Assembly: GCA_964461035.1 (NCBI GenBank)
Contig: CAYWRI010000003.1
Location: forward strand, 3,213 to 67,212
Direction of reading: 5' to 3'
DNA from: an uncultured Methanosarcinales archaeon
GTDB lineage: Archaea > Nanobdellota > Nanobdellia > Woesearchaeales > CAYZNE01
Length of the DNA stretch: 64,000 bases
A program made the translations under genes and the position numbers. Positions within the stretch are counted from its first letter, which is position 1. Each line of letters starts with the position of its first letter. The notes under the pieces are model-generated. The model was not told the DNA's origin, searched no databases, and saw nothing but the letters and a program-made list of their open reading frames with translations. Shown here piece after piece: positions 9,673 through 19,066 of this stretch.

Positions 9673-10551
9673 ATGGTTGATAATAAAAAAGATTCAAAAT
9701 TTGATTATGATTTAGTATTTAGACAGTTTCAATCACAACTATTAACACCTTTTTGTAAGGATGGTTCAGGAAATCGTTTAGTTATTGGAGGACTTTTAGG
9801 TGTTGTTCAAGATAAAACTCTTTTATCAATTATGGAAGAGATGTTACGGGATAAAATTACTCAAAAAGGTAATCCTAAAGAACTTCCTGGAAATATATTT
9901 GAATTAGGATATAGTCAATTCAGTGTTGTATTATCTGGCTATGCAGGACATATAACCTATTCTCCAATAACAGAATGGATATTGGGTGGTGAAATTGCAG
10001 AAAAATGCAAGACTTTAGAATTAGATAAGACTGAAACATATTTAAACTATCAAAGAAAATATAATAATTTCAATCCTGAATTTTTATTTTCATTTCTGTT
10101 AGATTTTAGTGTTGCAGGTAAAGATCCAAATAAACAGTTTATCTTCTACTTAAAAGAAGAAATTCTCAGCACTGAAGATAGAAAAGTAATTACAAATAGA
10201 TTAGATTATCTTTTGAATATTCTTGAAGTATCTGAAACTTATTATGATAGAGCAAAAGAATTTAATCCTTGGGATTTATTAATTGGTCTTACTAGAGAAA
10301 TGTATGCTAAATTAAATCCTGATTCTAATAAAGATTTTATTAAAAGAGGAATAATACAATATCAAGAGGGATGTTCGAGTTACATACCTGAAGGATTAAT
10401 ATTGGAATCGCCTGAAGAGAACCTATTTCTAAGAAATTGTGATAAACAAGACAAGACTTCGTATGTTGATAAAAAAGCAATTGCGGTATATACAAAAACA
10501 GATATAGAAATAGGCACTCGTTTTGGTAGATTAGCAAAAATAATTAATTAA
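9673..10551 (+). CDS. Hypothetical protein
   Basis: 292-aa ORF; no recognisable motif. Confidence 0.45.
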   Translation: MVDNKKDSKFDYDLVFRQFQSQLLTPFCKDGSGNRLVIGGLLGVVQDKTLLSIMEEMLRDKITQKGNPKELPGNIFELGYSQFSVVLSGYAGHITYSPITEWILGGEIAEKCKTLELDKTETYLNYQRKYNNFNPEFLFSFLLDFSVAGKDPNKQFIFYLKEEILSTEDRKVITNRLDYLLNILEVSETYYDRAKEFNPWDLLIGLTREMYAKLNPDSNKDFIKRGIIQYQEGCSSYIPEGLILESPEENLFLRNCDKQDKTSYVDKKAIAVYTKTDIEIGTRFGRLAKIIN

Positions 10552-10618
10552 AAAATAATTTCATTTAATTCTAATAGTTTTACAATAACCTAAACAACCG
10601 ATAAATTTATATATATGT

Positions 10619-10638
10619 AGTATACATTAGTGTATACT
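10619..10638. promoter_or_regulatory. Perfect 8-bp inverted repeat AGTATACA-ttag-TGTATACT, about 40 nt upstream of the PRC-barrel gene
   Basis: Seen in sequence next to a 'tttatatatat' TATA-like stretch; a 'aaagggtgg' RBS precedes the ATG at 10677. Confidence 0.35.
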
Positions 10639-10676
10639 GCAATAATCAATTAAAGAATTTAAAGGGTGGTATTAAT

Positions 10677-10943
10677 ATGTTAAAAGTAAAAAGAATATCT
10701 GAAACCTATGATATGAGAGTTTTCACAGACTTGGGCGACTATTTCGGTGATATAGAGGAAGTAATTCTTGCTCACACAAAAATTGCCGGTTGGAGAGTCA
10801 GAGCAACTAAAAATTCGTTTTTGAGTAAAGTACTAGGAAATGCTAAAGGAGTTATTGTTCCACATCAACTTGTAAAAAGTATCGGAGACATAATGATTAT
10901 AAATAAAACAGCAGTTCCTGCATACTCTGGAGACGAAGAGTAA
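10677..10943 (+). CDS. PRC-barrel domain protein
   Basis: 88 aa. 'MRVFTDLGDYFGDIEEVIL ... GWRVRA ... GVIVPHQLVKSIGDIMIIN' is the typical small archaeal PRC-barrel pattern. Confidence 0.55.
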   Translation: MLKVKRISETYDMRVFTDLGDYFGDIEEVILAHTKIAGWRVRATKNSFLSKVLGNAKGVIVPHQLVKSIGDIMIINKTAVPAYSGDEE

Positions 10944-11014
10944 ATCTTTTTTATTTTATTATTTTTTAAAAAAATTATTTCTTATTGACAATTTAGAAAT
11001 ATTTTAAAATATGT

Positions 11015-12019
11015 TTAGTCATTAATATGTCTTTTAATTTGAGTAATCTGTTTTATTAATTCTTCACCATTTTCACACATTTGATATTTATATTTTTTTT
11101 GAAAGTCTTTAATAAAATCTGCTACTTGCTTTTTATCTAGAATATCTTTTTTACTTAAATAAATAATAATCGGCTTTTCTAATTCTATAATTCTATCTAA
11201 TAAGTTAAATTGATCTTTAATAGGATATTGCTCTGTTAAATCAAAAACATAAATTGTCATATTTGCAGCATATTTCATTGCAATATCTGCTTGTTTTTCA
11301 ATATCATTCATCTTATTAAACCGAGCTAAAGTTCCAGGTGTATCAATCAATTGTATTTTTTCAGCATGATGTTTAAAGTAACCTGTATTTAATTTTCTTG
11401 TAGTAAATGGATAATCATTTATTTCAGGTTCAGAATTAGTTACCTGAGATAATAAAGTACTTTTTCCAACATTAGGAAAACCAGCTATCGCAACAGTGAA
11501 TAATGTTGTTTTTATAGCAGGATAGTTTTTCATAATCTTTCTATTTTTTTCTATTATTTTTAGAAATTTATCAACTTGTTTTAAAATACTTGATACTCGA
11601 CCAATACAACCACCACTTAATTTATTCAAAAAACCTATATCTCTTTCTTCATTGAAAACTTTTAATTTTCTCATAGCTTCACAACATATTTTATTTATAT
11701 TATATTCTGCCCATGAAATACTTGCTAACGCTTTTTTTAAATTATCGACATCAAGAGTTAATTCAATCAACTGCCTATAAAATTCAGGAAGTGAATCAAT
11801 ACTTGGAAAATTAGAATGAATATCATGTAATCTTGAACAAAGTTCATCTCTTAATATTTTTATTTTATCTATTTCGATTCTCTTAGATTTAATTAGTTTA
11901 CTAACACTCCTAAGTCTAATAGTGCTACGTAAAGCTTTACTCTTAATTTCTCCTTTTCTTAGAGCCACATCAAGATAAACTTGATAGTCCTCTATACTTT
12001 TCATATTCTGAAAATTCAT
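11015..12019 (-). CDS. Nog1-family GTP-binding protein (NOG1 N-terminal domain plus GTPase)
   Basis: G1 'IAGFPNVGKSTLL', G2 'YPFTT', G3 'IDTPG' and 'SKKD'. The N-terminal roughly 170 aa match the Nog1 N-domain layout. Confidence 0.75.
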   Translation of the reverse strand: MNFQNMKSIEDYQVYLDVALRKGEIKSKALRSTIRLRSVSKLIKSKRIEIDKIKILRDELCSRLHDIHSNFPSIDSLPEFYRQLIELTLDVDNLKKALASISWAEYNINKICCEAMRKLKVFNEERDIGFLNKLSGGCIGRVSSILKQVDKFLKIIEKNRKIMKNYPAIKTTLFTVAIAGFPNVGKSTLLSQVTNSEPEINDYPFTTRKLNTGYFKHHAEKIQLIDTPGTLARFNKMNDIEKQADIAMKYAANMTIYVFDLTEQYPIKDQFNLLDRIIELEKPIIIYLSKKDILDKKQVADFIKDFQKKYKYQMCENGEELIKQITQIKRHIND

Positions 12020-12050
12020 AGAATTATAGAATCACACACTCTTTATAAAT

Positions 12051-13004
12051 TTAGTCAGATGTTTGGTATTGCTTTATCTGAATTGGTTCTGCTCTTGAAA
12101 CATTATTTTTTATTTTTTCAGCAAGATAGTTAAGTCCTTTTTTAATAAAGAATATATCTCCTAAAAACATAAGGGTTTTACATAACATATTATAATTTTT
12201 CCTTTGATTAGAATTTTGAATTAAAAACTTAGAATCTCTAAATAAAGAAACAGTTTTCTTTCTGTGATTATATAAATTTAACGTATTCTCAGACAAACTA
12301 ATATTTTTATCCAAAATATAACTTTCATTTCCATCTTCAATTATATCTACAAAATCATCATATAGTGTACTTATAGCGCAAAAGTTTTGAATAACTTTTT
12401 CTTCGTTAGAAGCTAATTTTTTCTTTGAATATAAATTAATAAACGCAGATTGAATTTTACCATAAATCATTCCAATGTTTAATCTTTCAAGTTTTTTTTC
12501 TTCAGAAGATTGTGTATCAAAATAATTAATTATTGAAGAAGCATATTCTGTTAAAAGATCATGCAAAATAAATTTAAATGAGTTATCTTTAGATAAAACG
12601 GATTGATTTAAATAATCAACTAGGGGCTGAGCTTTTAATAAAAATTCATTTTTTGTATTTCTAGTTTCTAAAAATTTAATTCCTTCTGAAATCAATTCAA
12701 AAATATTTAAATTCGAATTTTTTTGGGAACTGAAAATTTCGGAATGTGTTCCATCAATACAACAATCTAGATAAGACGAGTAAAGATTAAATGCTGCTGT
12801 AACTTTAATAGATTCATAATCTATATCTAAATTAAAAAGTTTACCAAAAACTAAAGAACCTAAACCGGATATGGCCACACCTTTTTTAGCTTTATTTAGT
12901 TTGATAACATCATTTTCTAAATCATTATCAAACATTTTCTCTAAATTTTGTTGCCAAGACTTTAATTCTCTAAAAGATGTTCTAACAATCGAAATCAAAT
13001 TCAT
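12051..13004 (-). CDS. Hypothetical protein, possibly an isoprenoid-synthase-like fold
   Basis: The only suggestive motifs are 'LYDDFVDIIEDG' (DDxxD-like) and an upstream 'YLDCCIDG' about 130 aa earlier. This is weak. Confidence 0.35.
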   Translation of the reverse strand: MNLISIVRTSFRELKSWQQNLEKMFDNDLENDVIKLNKAKKGVAISGLGSLVFGKLFNLDIDYESIKVTAAFNLYSSYLDCCIDGTHSEIFSSQKNSNLNIFELISEGIKFLETRNTKNEFLLKAQPLVDYLNQSVLSKDNSFKFILHDLLTEYASSIINYFDTQSSEEKKLERLNIGMIYGKIQSAFINLYSKKKLASNEEKVIQNFCAISTLYDDFVDIIEDGNESYILDKNISLSENTLNLYNHRKKTVSLFRDSKFLIQNSNQRKNYNMLCKTLMFLGDIFFIKKGLNYLAEKIKNNVSRAEPIQIKQYQTSD

Positions 13005-13050
13005 AAAATTTAGGAATAATTTAACTTATATAAATCTTAAGGTATTTTGG

Positions 13051-13752
13051 CTATCTAATAAGAACATCGGATATGGGTATGTTTACTTCAGCAGGTTTAA
13101 TTAGAGTTCCATTTTGATTGAATTTTAGAATAGTTACTTCTGTATTATCTTGAAGATAAAACTTTTTATCATTATCATAAAAATTATAACCACAAGTTCC
13201 GTGAAGTGCGTATTCAACAAGATATGCATTAATAGCTCCATGTGCTACACTCATAATAATGCCTGATTTTTGTTTAATATTTTCAATAACATTATTTACT
13301 CGAGTCTCAATATCATTAATTGATTCTGCGTTAAATTCATTTACAAAAGGGGCTCTAGAATCTACTTGCATATATCTTAAATCATCATAAGTTAAATTAT
13401 TAAATTGCGTTAATCCTTTTTGAGTTAGTAAAGCTTGAATGTCATTTTGAGTTTTGTTTTGTAAGCTACCAAAATATATTTCTCTTAAGTTTTTGTCATA
13501 AATTATTTCTTTTTTATATTTTGCAAATTCGGATGCTAAATGCGCAGTGGATTTCGCTCTTTCCAAATCACTGCTATAAATTATAGAAGGATTAATTAAT
13601 TTAATTAATTGAGCTAATAGAGTTTGAGCAAAATCTTCACCTTCTTTGTCTAATTTTCCATCTAATTGACTCGTCCAGATTTCCTGAATATTATCTGTAG
13701 TTTTCCCATGTCTACAAATGTACCATATTAGGTAAGGTTCAATATCATTCAT
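13051..13752 (-). CDS. Histidine phosphatase superfamily protein (phosphoglycerate-mutase-like)
   Basis: 'ICRHGKTTDN' (RHG catalytic motif), 'SDLERAKSTA', and 'MSVAHGAINAYL' (second His). Confidence 0.7.
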   Translation of the reverse strand: MNDIEPYLIWYICRHGKTTDNIQEIWTSQLDGKLDKEGEDFAQTLLAQLIKLINPSIIYSSDLERAKSTAHLASEFAKYKKEIIYDKNLREIYFGSLQNKTQNDIQALLTQKGLTQFNNLTYDDLRYMQVDSRAPFVNEFNAESINDIETRVNNVIENIKQKSGIIMSVAHGAINAYLVEYALHGTCGYNFYDNDKKFYLQDNTEVTILKFNQNGTLIKPAEVNIPISDVLIR

Positions 13753-13959
13753 AATGACTACTAATCAGTAAATATTTATAAATTTATTTGAGTTTTAATT
13801 GTGAACATAAGTTTTTAATAAAATTATGTGCTTTCGCTGAATTGCTTCTTTTTTCGAAAGTGCGGTCTACCTACAGGGTGTGACCCCTGACAACGCACTT
13901 GATTATATATTTTAATCAGCTCACCCTAAGTGCATAATATCCCTTATTTATGTCTACAA

Positions 13960-15369
13960 TTATTTTTGGTTAAGAATTGTAATAATTCCTTTTTCAGCAT
14001 CTAATTCAATTAACTCATTATTCTTTAATAGTTTTGTAGCATTTTTAACTTGAATGATGCAGGGTTTGTTTAATTCTCTTGCAATAACTGCAGCATGACT
14101 TGTAATTCCACCATATTCAGATATTATTCCTGCAGCTCTTTCCATTGCTGAGATATACTCAACAGATGTTCCTGAAACAATCATAATATTTTCTTTCTTA
14201 ATTTTATCTAAATCTTCCAATTTATGAATTACAAAAACTTTACCTTTTGCTGTTCCTATTGAACCAATAATGCCTCTTAGCGTATTTTGAGCTTTAATCT
14301 TTTTCACATCCGTTTTAACATTCTCAATAATTTTAGATTTTATTTCATTAACTTTTAATTGAGCTTGTTTACTAGTGTAAATAAAATAATTACCATTTTT
14401 AAAAATTGCAAAACAATATTTTTGTCTTTCAATAATAATATTTTTTATATTTGAATTGAGTTTTTGTAAATTCTCTATAATTTCGGTGTCAGTTAAAAAT
14501 TTTAAATCATTCAAAGAAATATTTAACTTAGTACAAATCATCTTTCGAATGCTTAAACCTTGATAATTATGATAACTAATTTGTATTTCTCCTTCTTGAC
14601 GAAGATGTGCAAACTCTGAAATTATATTTATCAGCTCAATTATTCTTTTTGGAGGATCTAATTCACTAATAATTTTATTTATTTCTTGTTTTCTTGTTTT
14701 AATCAAAGAAGAAAATTCGTTGATTTTATTTTCAACTTCATTTTTATAAAGTTCAGCTCGTCTTCTTAAATCTTTAATTGTCCATGGAGAATTATCAAAC
14801 CACATCGGAATAAATGCCCACTTTTTCAAATGAAATTCAAAATTCGGTTTTTTTTGTAAAAGAAGATTTAGAAATCCCGATTCTTCTTTTTGAGTTCTAG
14901 TTAGTTTAATTGGGGCTGTAATAATACTGAACACTCTATTATATTTACTTTTATTGTTTATTTTTTTCTTTAAAAAACTTGATAATTCAGAACATAAAAT
15001 ATCATCAAAATAAATATCAATTGCCATTCCAAAAACAACTTCTTCATATAAACTCCAATATCGCTTAAATGACTCAATAAGATTATCTTCAGATAATTTA
15101 TTATTAATTTTCTGAAGTTCTTCAGTATCTTTTTGTATTTGATTTTTTAAGTCATTGAGTTTGTTCTTTATAGTGCTTTGATTAAAGTTTTTACCAACAT
15201 TATCTTTAATTCTTTGAAGTTCTTCTGCTGTTTGATATGCAATAGACGTATTATTTTTGAATTCAAGATACATTGGATTACAATCTTTTCCTTTTCTATA
15301 CATTTTTGCAAAGATTGTCCAACTTAACAAACTTATTGTCCAAACTCCACAATGTTTCCAAGTCACCAT
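13960..15369 (-). CDS. Protein with a C-terminal PEP-utilising-enzyme mobile (phosphohistidine swivel) domain; the N-terminal roughly 350 aa are unassigned
   Basis: 'GGITSHAAVIARELNKPCI' is the canonical GG(x)TSHAAIxARE motif of PEP synthase / PPDK / rifampin-phosphotransferase swivel domains. Confidence 0.65.
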   Translation of the reverse strand: MVTWKHCGVWTISLLSWTIFAKMYRKGKDCNPMYLEFKNNTSIAYQTAEELQRIKDNVGKNFNQSTIKNKLNDLKNQIQKDTEELQKINNKLSEDNLIESFKRYWSLYEEVVFGMAIDIYFDDILCSELSSFLKKKINNKSKYNRVFSIITAPIKLTRTQKEESGFLNLLLQKKPNFEFHLKKWAFIPMWFDNSPWTIKDLRRRAELYKNEVENKINEFSSLIKTRKQEINKIISELDPPKRIIELINIISEFAHLRQEGEIQISYHNYQGLSIRKMICTKLNISLNDLKFLTDTEIIENLQKLNSNIKNIIIERQKYCFAIFKNGNYFIYTSKQAQLKVNEIKSKIIENVKTDVKKIKAQNTLRGIIGSIGTAKGKVFVIHKLEDLDKIKKENIMIVSGTSVEYISAMERAAGIISEYGGITSHAAVIARELNKPCIIQVKNATKLLKNNELIELDAEKGIITILNQK

Positions 15370-15536
15370 AATATTGTTATTTCTAATATAAAACTATATA
15401 AATATTCTTATTAACTGGATAATATGATAGGTCTAGTATGATTAGAATTCATAAACAATTTTTATTTTATCCTTAACTCTGTTTTGTTATCACTAAATAA
15501 TAAAAACTTTATAAATTAATTATTACTTCTGAAAAT

Positions 15537-18500
15537 ATGACTGTTTTTAGTGAGTTAGATGAAATTGAGCCAGGTGAACGTAAGCTGGGTGAAAGTGTGC
15601 TGGCTGAAAATGAAATGGGTGATAGATTAGCTTTGTTTGAAAAAGGACTTCAGAAAGCAGGTGCTTATGGATTATATGCTAATCTATTTAGAAATAATTT
15701 ATTTGGTAGAATCGCACATTTATTTTTAGAACCTATTGACTCGGATTCGAACGAAACATTTCCTGAGCAAGTTCTTGAAGACAAAATTAACAAAATATTA
15801 ATTTATGAAAATTCTGATGCTGAATTAGATACAGAAGTGCTAATTAAAAATTATTTATTTGAAGATTTAAGTGAAACAGATATTAAAGTTATAGATCTTC
15901 TTTATAATCTTCAATACAATTTAACTAACTTTTTTTATATACAAAATAGTGAGAATTATGCAAATTTGATGGTGCGATTGGAGGATCGATTTCAACTTCT
16001 CGAATCTATATTAGTTCATATGCCTGATTATTATCAAAATTTGCCTTTAATAAAATTTGAATCAGAATGGAATCATTATTTAGATTTCAACAAGGAAATT
16101 ATTGGAAAAAGACTTCAATTTAAAGAAAAAAGTATTAAATTAATAAGTAAGTCTAGAGAAATTTTAGATCAAAATGATGAAATGCAAAAGTATTTTCAGA
16201 AATTTGACCCGAAAGGAATTGCAAAGACATTAATTGAAAATAATGAAATAAAACAATTAATTAAATGTGCATCTTCTAATTTTAATGAGCAGGATCATTA
16301 TTTTTGGATAAATATTCTTTTTAAAAATATAACTTTTCAAAAAATTATGGAAATCTTACCTTTTAAAGATTATGAAGATCAAATAACTCAACTAGCAAAG
16401 ATTTTAAATCATGGAAATTCAGATAAGATAGAACGAGAAATTCAAATTAAATATCTTTCTTTTTTAGGAAATAAAAATATTGCTGGAAGACATTTATTTC
16501 AGTTGCAAAAAAATATTAGTTCAGATGAACAATTTGGTGTTAATGATAGATTAAGTTCCAATCTTGATACAATTGCAAGTTTTTTTTACAATAATGATAA
16601 CTATTCAAATTTTACTTCAGATTTATCAAATCCTGCTAATTTTTTATTGGTAAATAAACTAAAAGAAGTTTCTTCAGGTCATATTAATGCAATATTGTAT
16701 TATGCAAAACCTGAGAACATATCGCAATTAACTGAACTTTTTATAAATTTAAATGAAGGCATAGCAAATAATTTAAATGAAGTTTATGAAAATTTTAAAG
16801 ACTTATTTCCTCACATATTTGAGCCCTTGAAAGGTTTAGATACAAATCGTAAAGACCACAAGATTATTAATTTGAATTATGGTGAGGAAGGTTTGCAAAA
16901 TCACTTTTTACGAGATAATGATGAACAAGGATATTTTCAATTATTAACCCCTTTGAATTATCCTTTAAGTATAATGAGTTCTAGTAAACATGAACTGATT
17001 CTAGAACAGTTTAAAGTTTCTAATGCTGCAGAATATGTAACAACATTTTCTCAATATTCAAAAGAGATTACAATTATTACCAAAACACCGTTTCTTTTTA
17101 ATTATTTTACTCAAATAAATGAGTCTGAAACAAGCGAACAAATATTAAATTTATTTCCTAAAAAACAGAATAAAGTAGATGTAGATAATTTAACAGAAAT
17201 AATTCAAAGCATAACAACTTATTCAGATCAACAAAATATTCATGAACTTTGTAAATATTTACAAATTAGTTCATACAGGGAACTTGCATCAAAACCTAAA
17301 CAATCAATAATCAATTTTATTGAATTATTTCAAAAATTGGATGATGTTAAATTTAATAATTTGACAATAAATCTAAATCAGGATGAAATATTGAATTTAT
17401 TTGATGTAATGAAAAATCAATTAGATCAAGAAGGAAGATTTATTTCGCACGAATTATCGTATAAATCAATTATAAAAAATCTTGTTGACTCACTTGATTT
17501 AGATTCATATCAAAGAAACCCTGATTTATCACCAATTTTGTTAAAATGTATCACAAGTGAAAACTATAATAAGCTCAATTTAATTGAATTGACTAAATTA
17601 ATTAATTCACAAGAAGATACTTTAGAACTTAATTTGGTTTCAGAATTATTAAATATAACTAAGGGGGTTTTAAGTAATAATTTATATGAGCGACTAAAAA
17701 AATCTAATGATTTTTCTAAAACAAAATTCGAATGGAATAAAATAAGAAATGAATTTCGACAAGGACATTTTAATATTAATGATCCTTTACATGTAGATTT
17801 AGAATATATAACTTTTTGCGATATTGTAACAGCAGATACAAAAACTGAAACAATCTCAAATAATATTCTTTATCAAAGTGTAATTAAATCCGAATCGTTA
17901 GATGGTTTCTTAATAGAAGATGAACTAGAATTAAGAGCACTTGTATATGAGGGAAGCTTATTAAGAAAGTATATTGAACAAGTTCAAATAAGTTCGAAAG
18001 AACAAAATAGAGAATTATGGATTGTTCCTAATCTAAGCTATGGATTAATGCCTGTTCTTGCGATAAGTAATTTTTTAGATGAAAATAATATACCTCTAAT
18101 GAAAGATGTTAAAGTAGGTTCAACCCAATGTCATGATAATCCTTATTATGTTAAAGAAAATTTATTCGGTCACTATACTTCAACAATTATTAACAATCAA
18201 CCAAATATTTTAATAGTTGATGGAACAAACCATTTAGTATCAAGAGAAGAAAAAAATCCTAGATATCCTGATGCACATCAAGGGTATTTGAATTATATGA
18301 TGTTGTTAAATATTTTAATTAATCCTAGTCTTAGACTTGATTGTGAATTTGCAAATGAATATAATTACCTTTTTAATCATCCTGAATTAAAAAATTGCGA
18401 AAAACATCTTCAAATTAAACAAGCTAATTTTATGGAACAGAAATCAAACTACACATTTCATTTTTGGAATACTGCTAATATGAACTTAAGTTTAAGACGA

Positions 18501-18770
18501 GAAAGACAGGAAATTGAAGTAATAGAACCTTATGATGTTTTTCAAGAAAATTCACCTAAATTTATTTTTTGTTGTGTTGGAGTTTTGCATGATCAGCTAG
18601 AAGAAAAATTGAAAGAAGAGTTTGAAAAAAATAATTTAACTCATCAGCCTGCATTTTTTGATGATGATTCTAGAATCACGAGCATGATTCTTGGTTTTAA
18701 TAATTTTGGACTTACGAAAAAGCAAAGATTCGAATCCATACTTCAAAAATTTCAAAATGAATATGAATAA
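15537..18770 (+). CDS. Large hypothetical protein (1077 aa), cytoplasmic, no recognisable domain
   Basis: Long uninterrupted ORF. No signal peptide or TM, and no nucleotide-binding or catalytic motif recognised by eye. Confidence 0.6.
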   Translation: MTVFSELDEIEPGERKLGESVLAENEMGDRLALFEKGLQKAGAYGLYANLFRNNLFGRIAHLFLEPIDSDSNETFPEQVLEDKINKILIYENSDAELDTEVLIKNYLFEDLSETDIKVIDLLYNLQYNLTNFFYIQNSENYANLMVRLEDRFQLLESILVHMPDYYQNLPLIKFESEWNHYLDFNKEIIGKRLQFKEKSIKLISKSREILDQNDEMQKYFQKFDPKGIAKTLIENNEIKQLIKCASSNFNEQDHYFWINILFKNITFQKIMEILPFKDYEDQITQLAKILNHGNSDKIEREIQIKYLSFLGNKNIAGRHLFQLQKNISSDEQFGVNDRLSSNLDTIASFFYNNDNYSNFTSDLSNPANFLLVNKLKEVSSGHINAILYYAKPENISQLTELFINLNEGIANNLNEVYENFKDLFPHIFEPLKGLDTNRKDHKIINLNYGEEGLQNHFLRDNDEQGYFQLLTPLNYPLSIMSSSKHELILEQFKVSNAAEYVTTFSQYSKEITIITKTPFLFNYFTQINESETSEQILNLFPKKQNKVDVDNLTEIIQSITTYSDQQNIHELCKYLQISSYRELASKPKQSIINFIELFQKLDDVKFNNLTINLNQDEILNLFDVMKNQLDQEGRFISHELSYKSIIKNLVDSLDLDSYQRNPDLSPILLKCITSENYNKLNLIELTKLINSQEDTLELNLVSELLNITKGVLSNNLYERLKKSNDFSKTKFEWNKIRNEFRQGHFNINDPLHVDLEYITFCDIVTADTKTETISNNILYQSVIKSESLDGFLIEDELELRALVYEGSLLRKYIEQVQISSKEQNRELWIVPNLSYGLMPVLAISNFLDENNIPLMKDVKVGSTQCHDNPYYVKENLFGHYTSTIINNQPNILIVDGTNHLVSREEKNPRYPDAHQGYLNYMMLLNILINPSLRLDCEFANEYNYLFNHPELKNCEKHLQIKQANFMEQKSNYTFHFWNTANMNLSLRRERQEIEVIEPYDVFQENSPKFIFCCVGVLHDQLEEKLKEEFEKNNLTHQPAFFDDDSRITSMILGFNNFGLTKKQRFESILQKFQNEYE

Positions 18771-19066
18771 AGTCTTCTTAATTAAATTTTTAACAAAACA
18801 GAACCTTTTTAAATACCCTGATATTCGCTATTTCATCGAACATTAATATTTTAGTGATGTTAGAATTATTAATTGGTCATCTTAACGATGTCAATTATGT
18901 AAACAGTACCTGAGAAGAATGCTTTTGTTGTATACATACCATTTATGCTGTATGCAAAATTCTAAAAAAGTGTTTGACTAAAAGGTATATTTCAATATTC
19001 ATCAACATGGATTAATATCAACCAATTATTTATTGGTGTATTTATTAAAATGTGTGTGTATAAAAA

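Noticed and set aside
12051-13004. Assignment of the 317-aa ORF as a prenyl or terpene synthase from 'LYDDFVDIIED'.
   Set aside because: There is only one clear DDxxD-like motif. The putative first motif ('LDCCID') is non-canonical. The evidence is too weak for a functional call, so it is kept as hypothetical.
18715-18745. tRNA-like T-loop sequence 'AGATTCGAATCC' (about 18728-18739).
   Set aside because: It lies inside the 1077-aa CDS and no acceptor, D or anticodon stems can be formed from the flanking sequence. Chance match.
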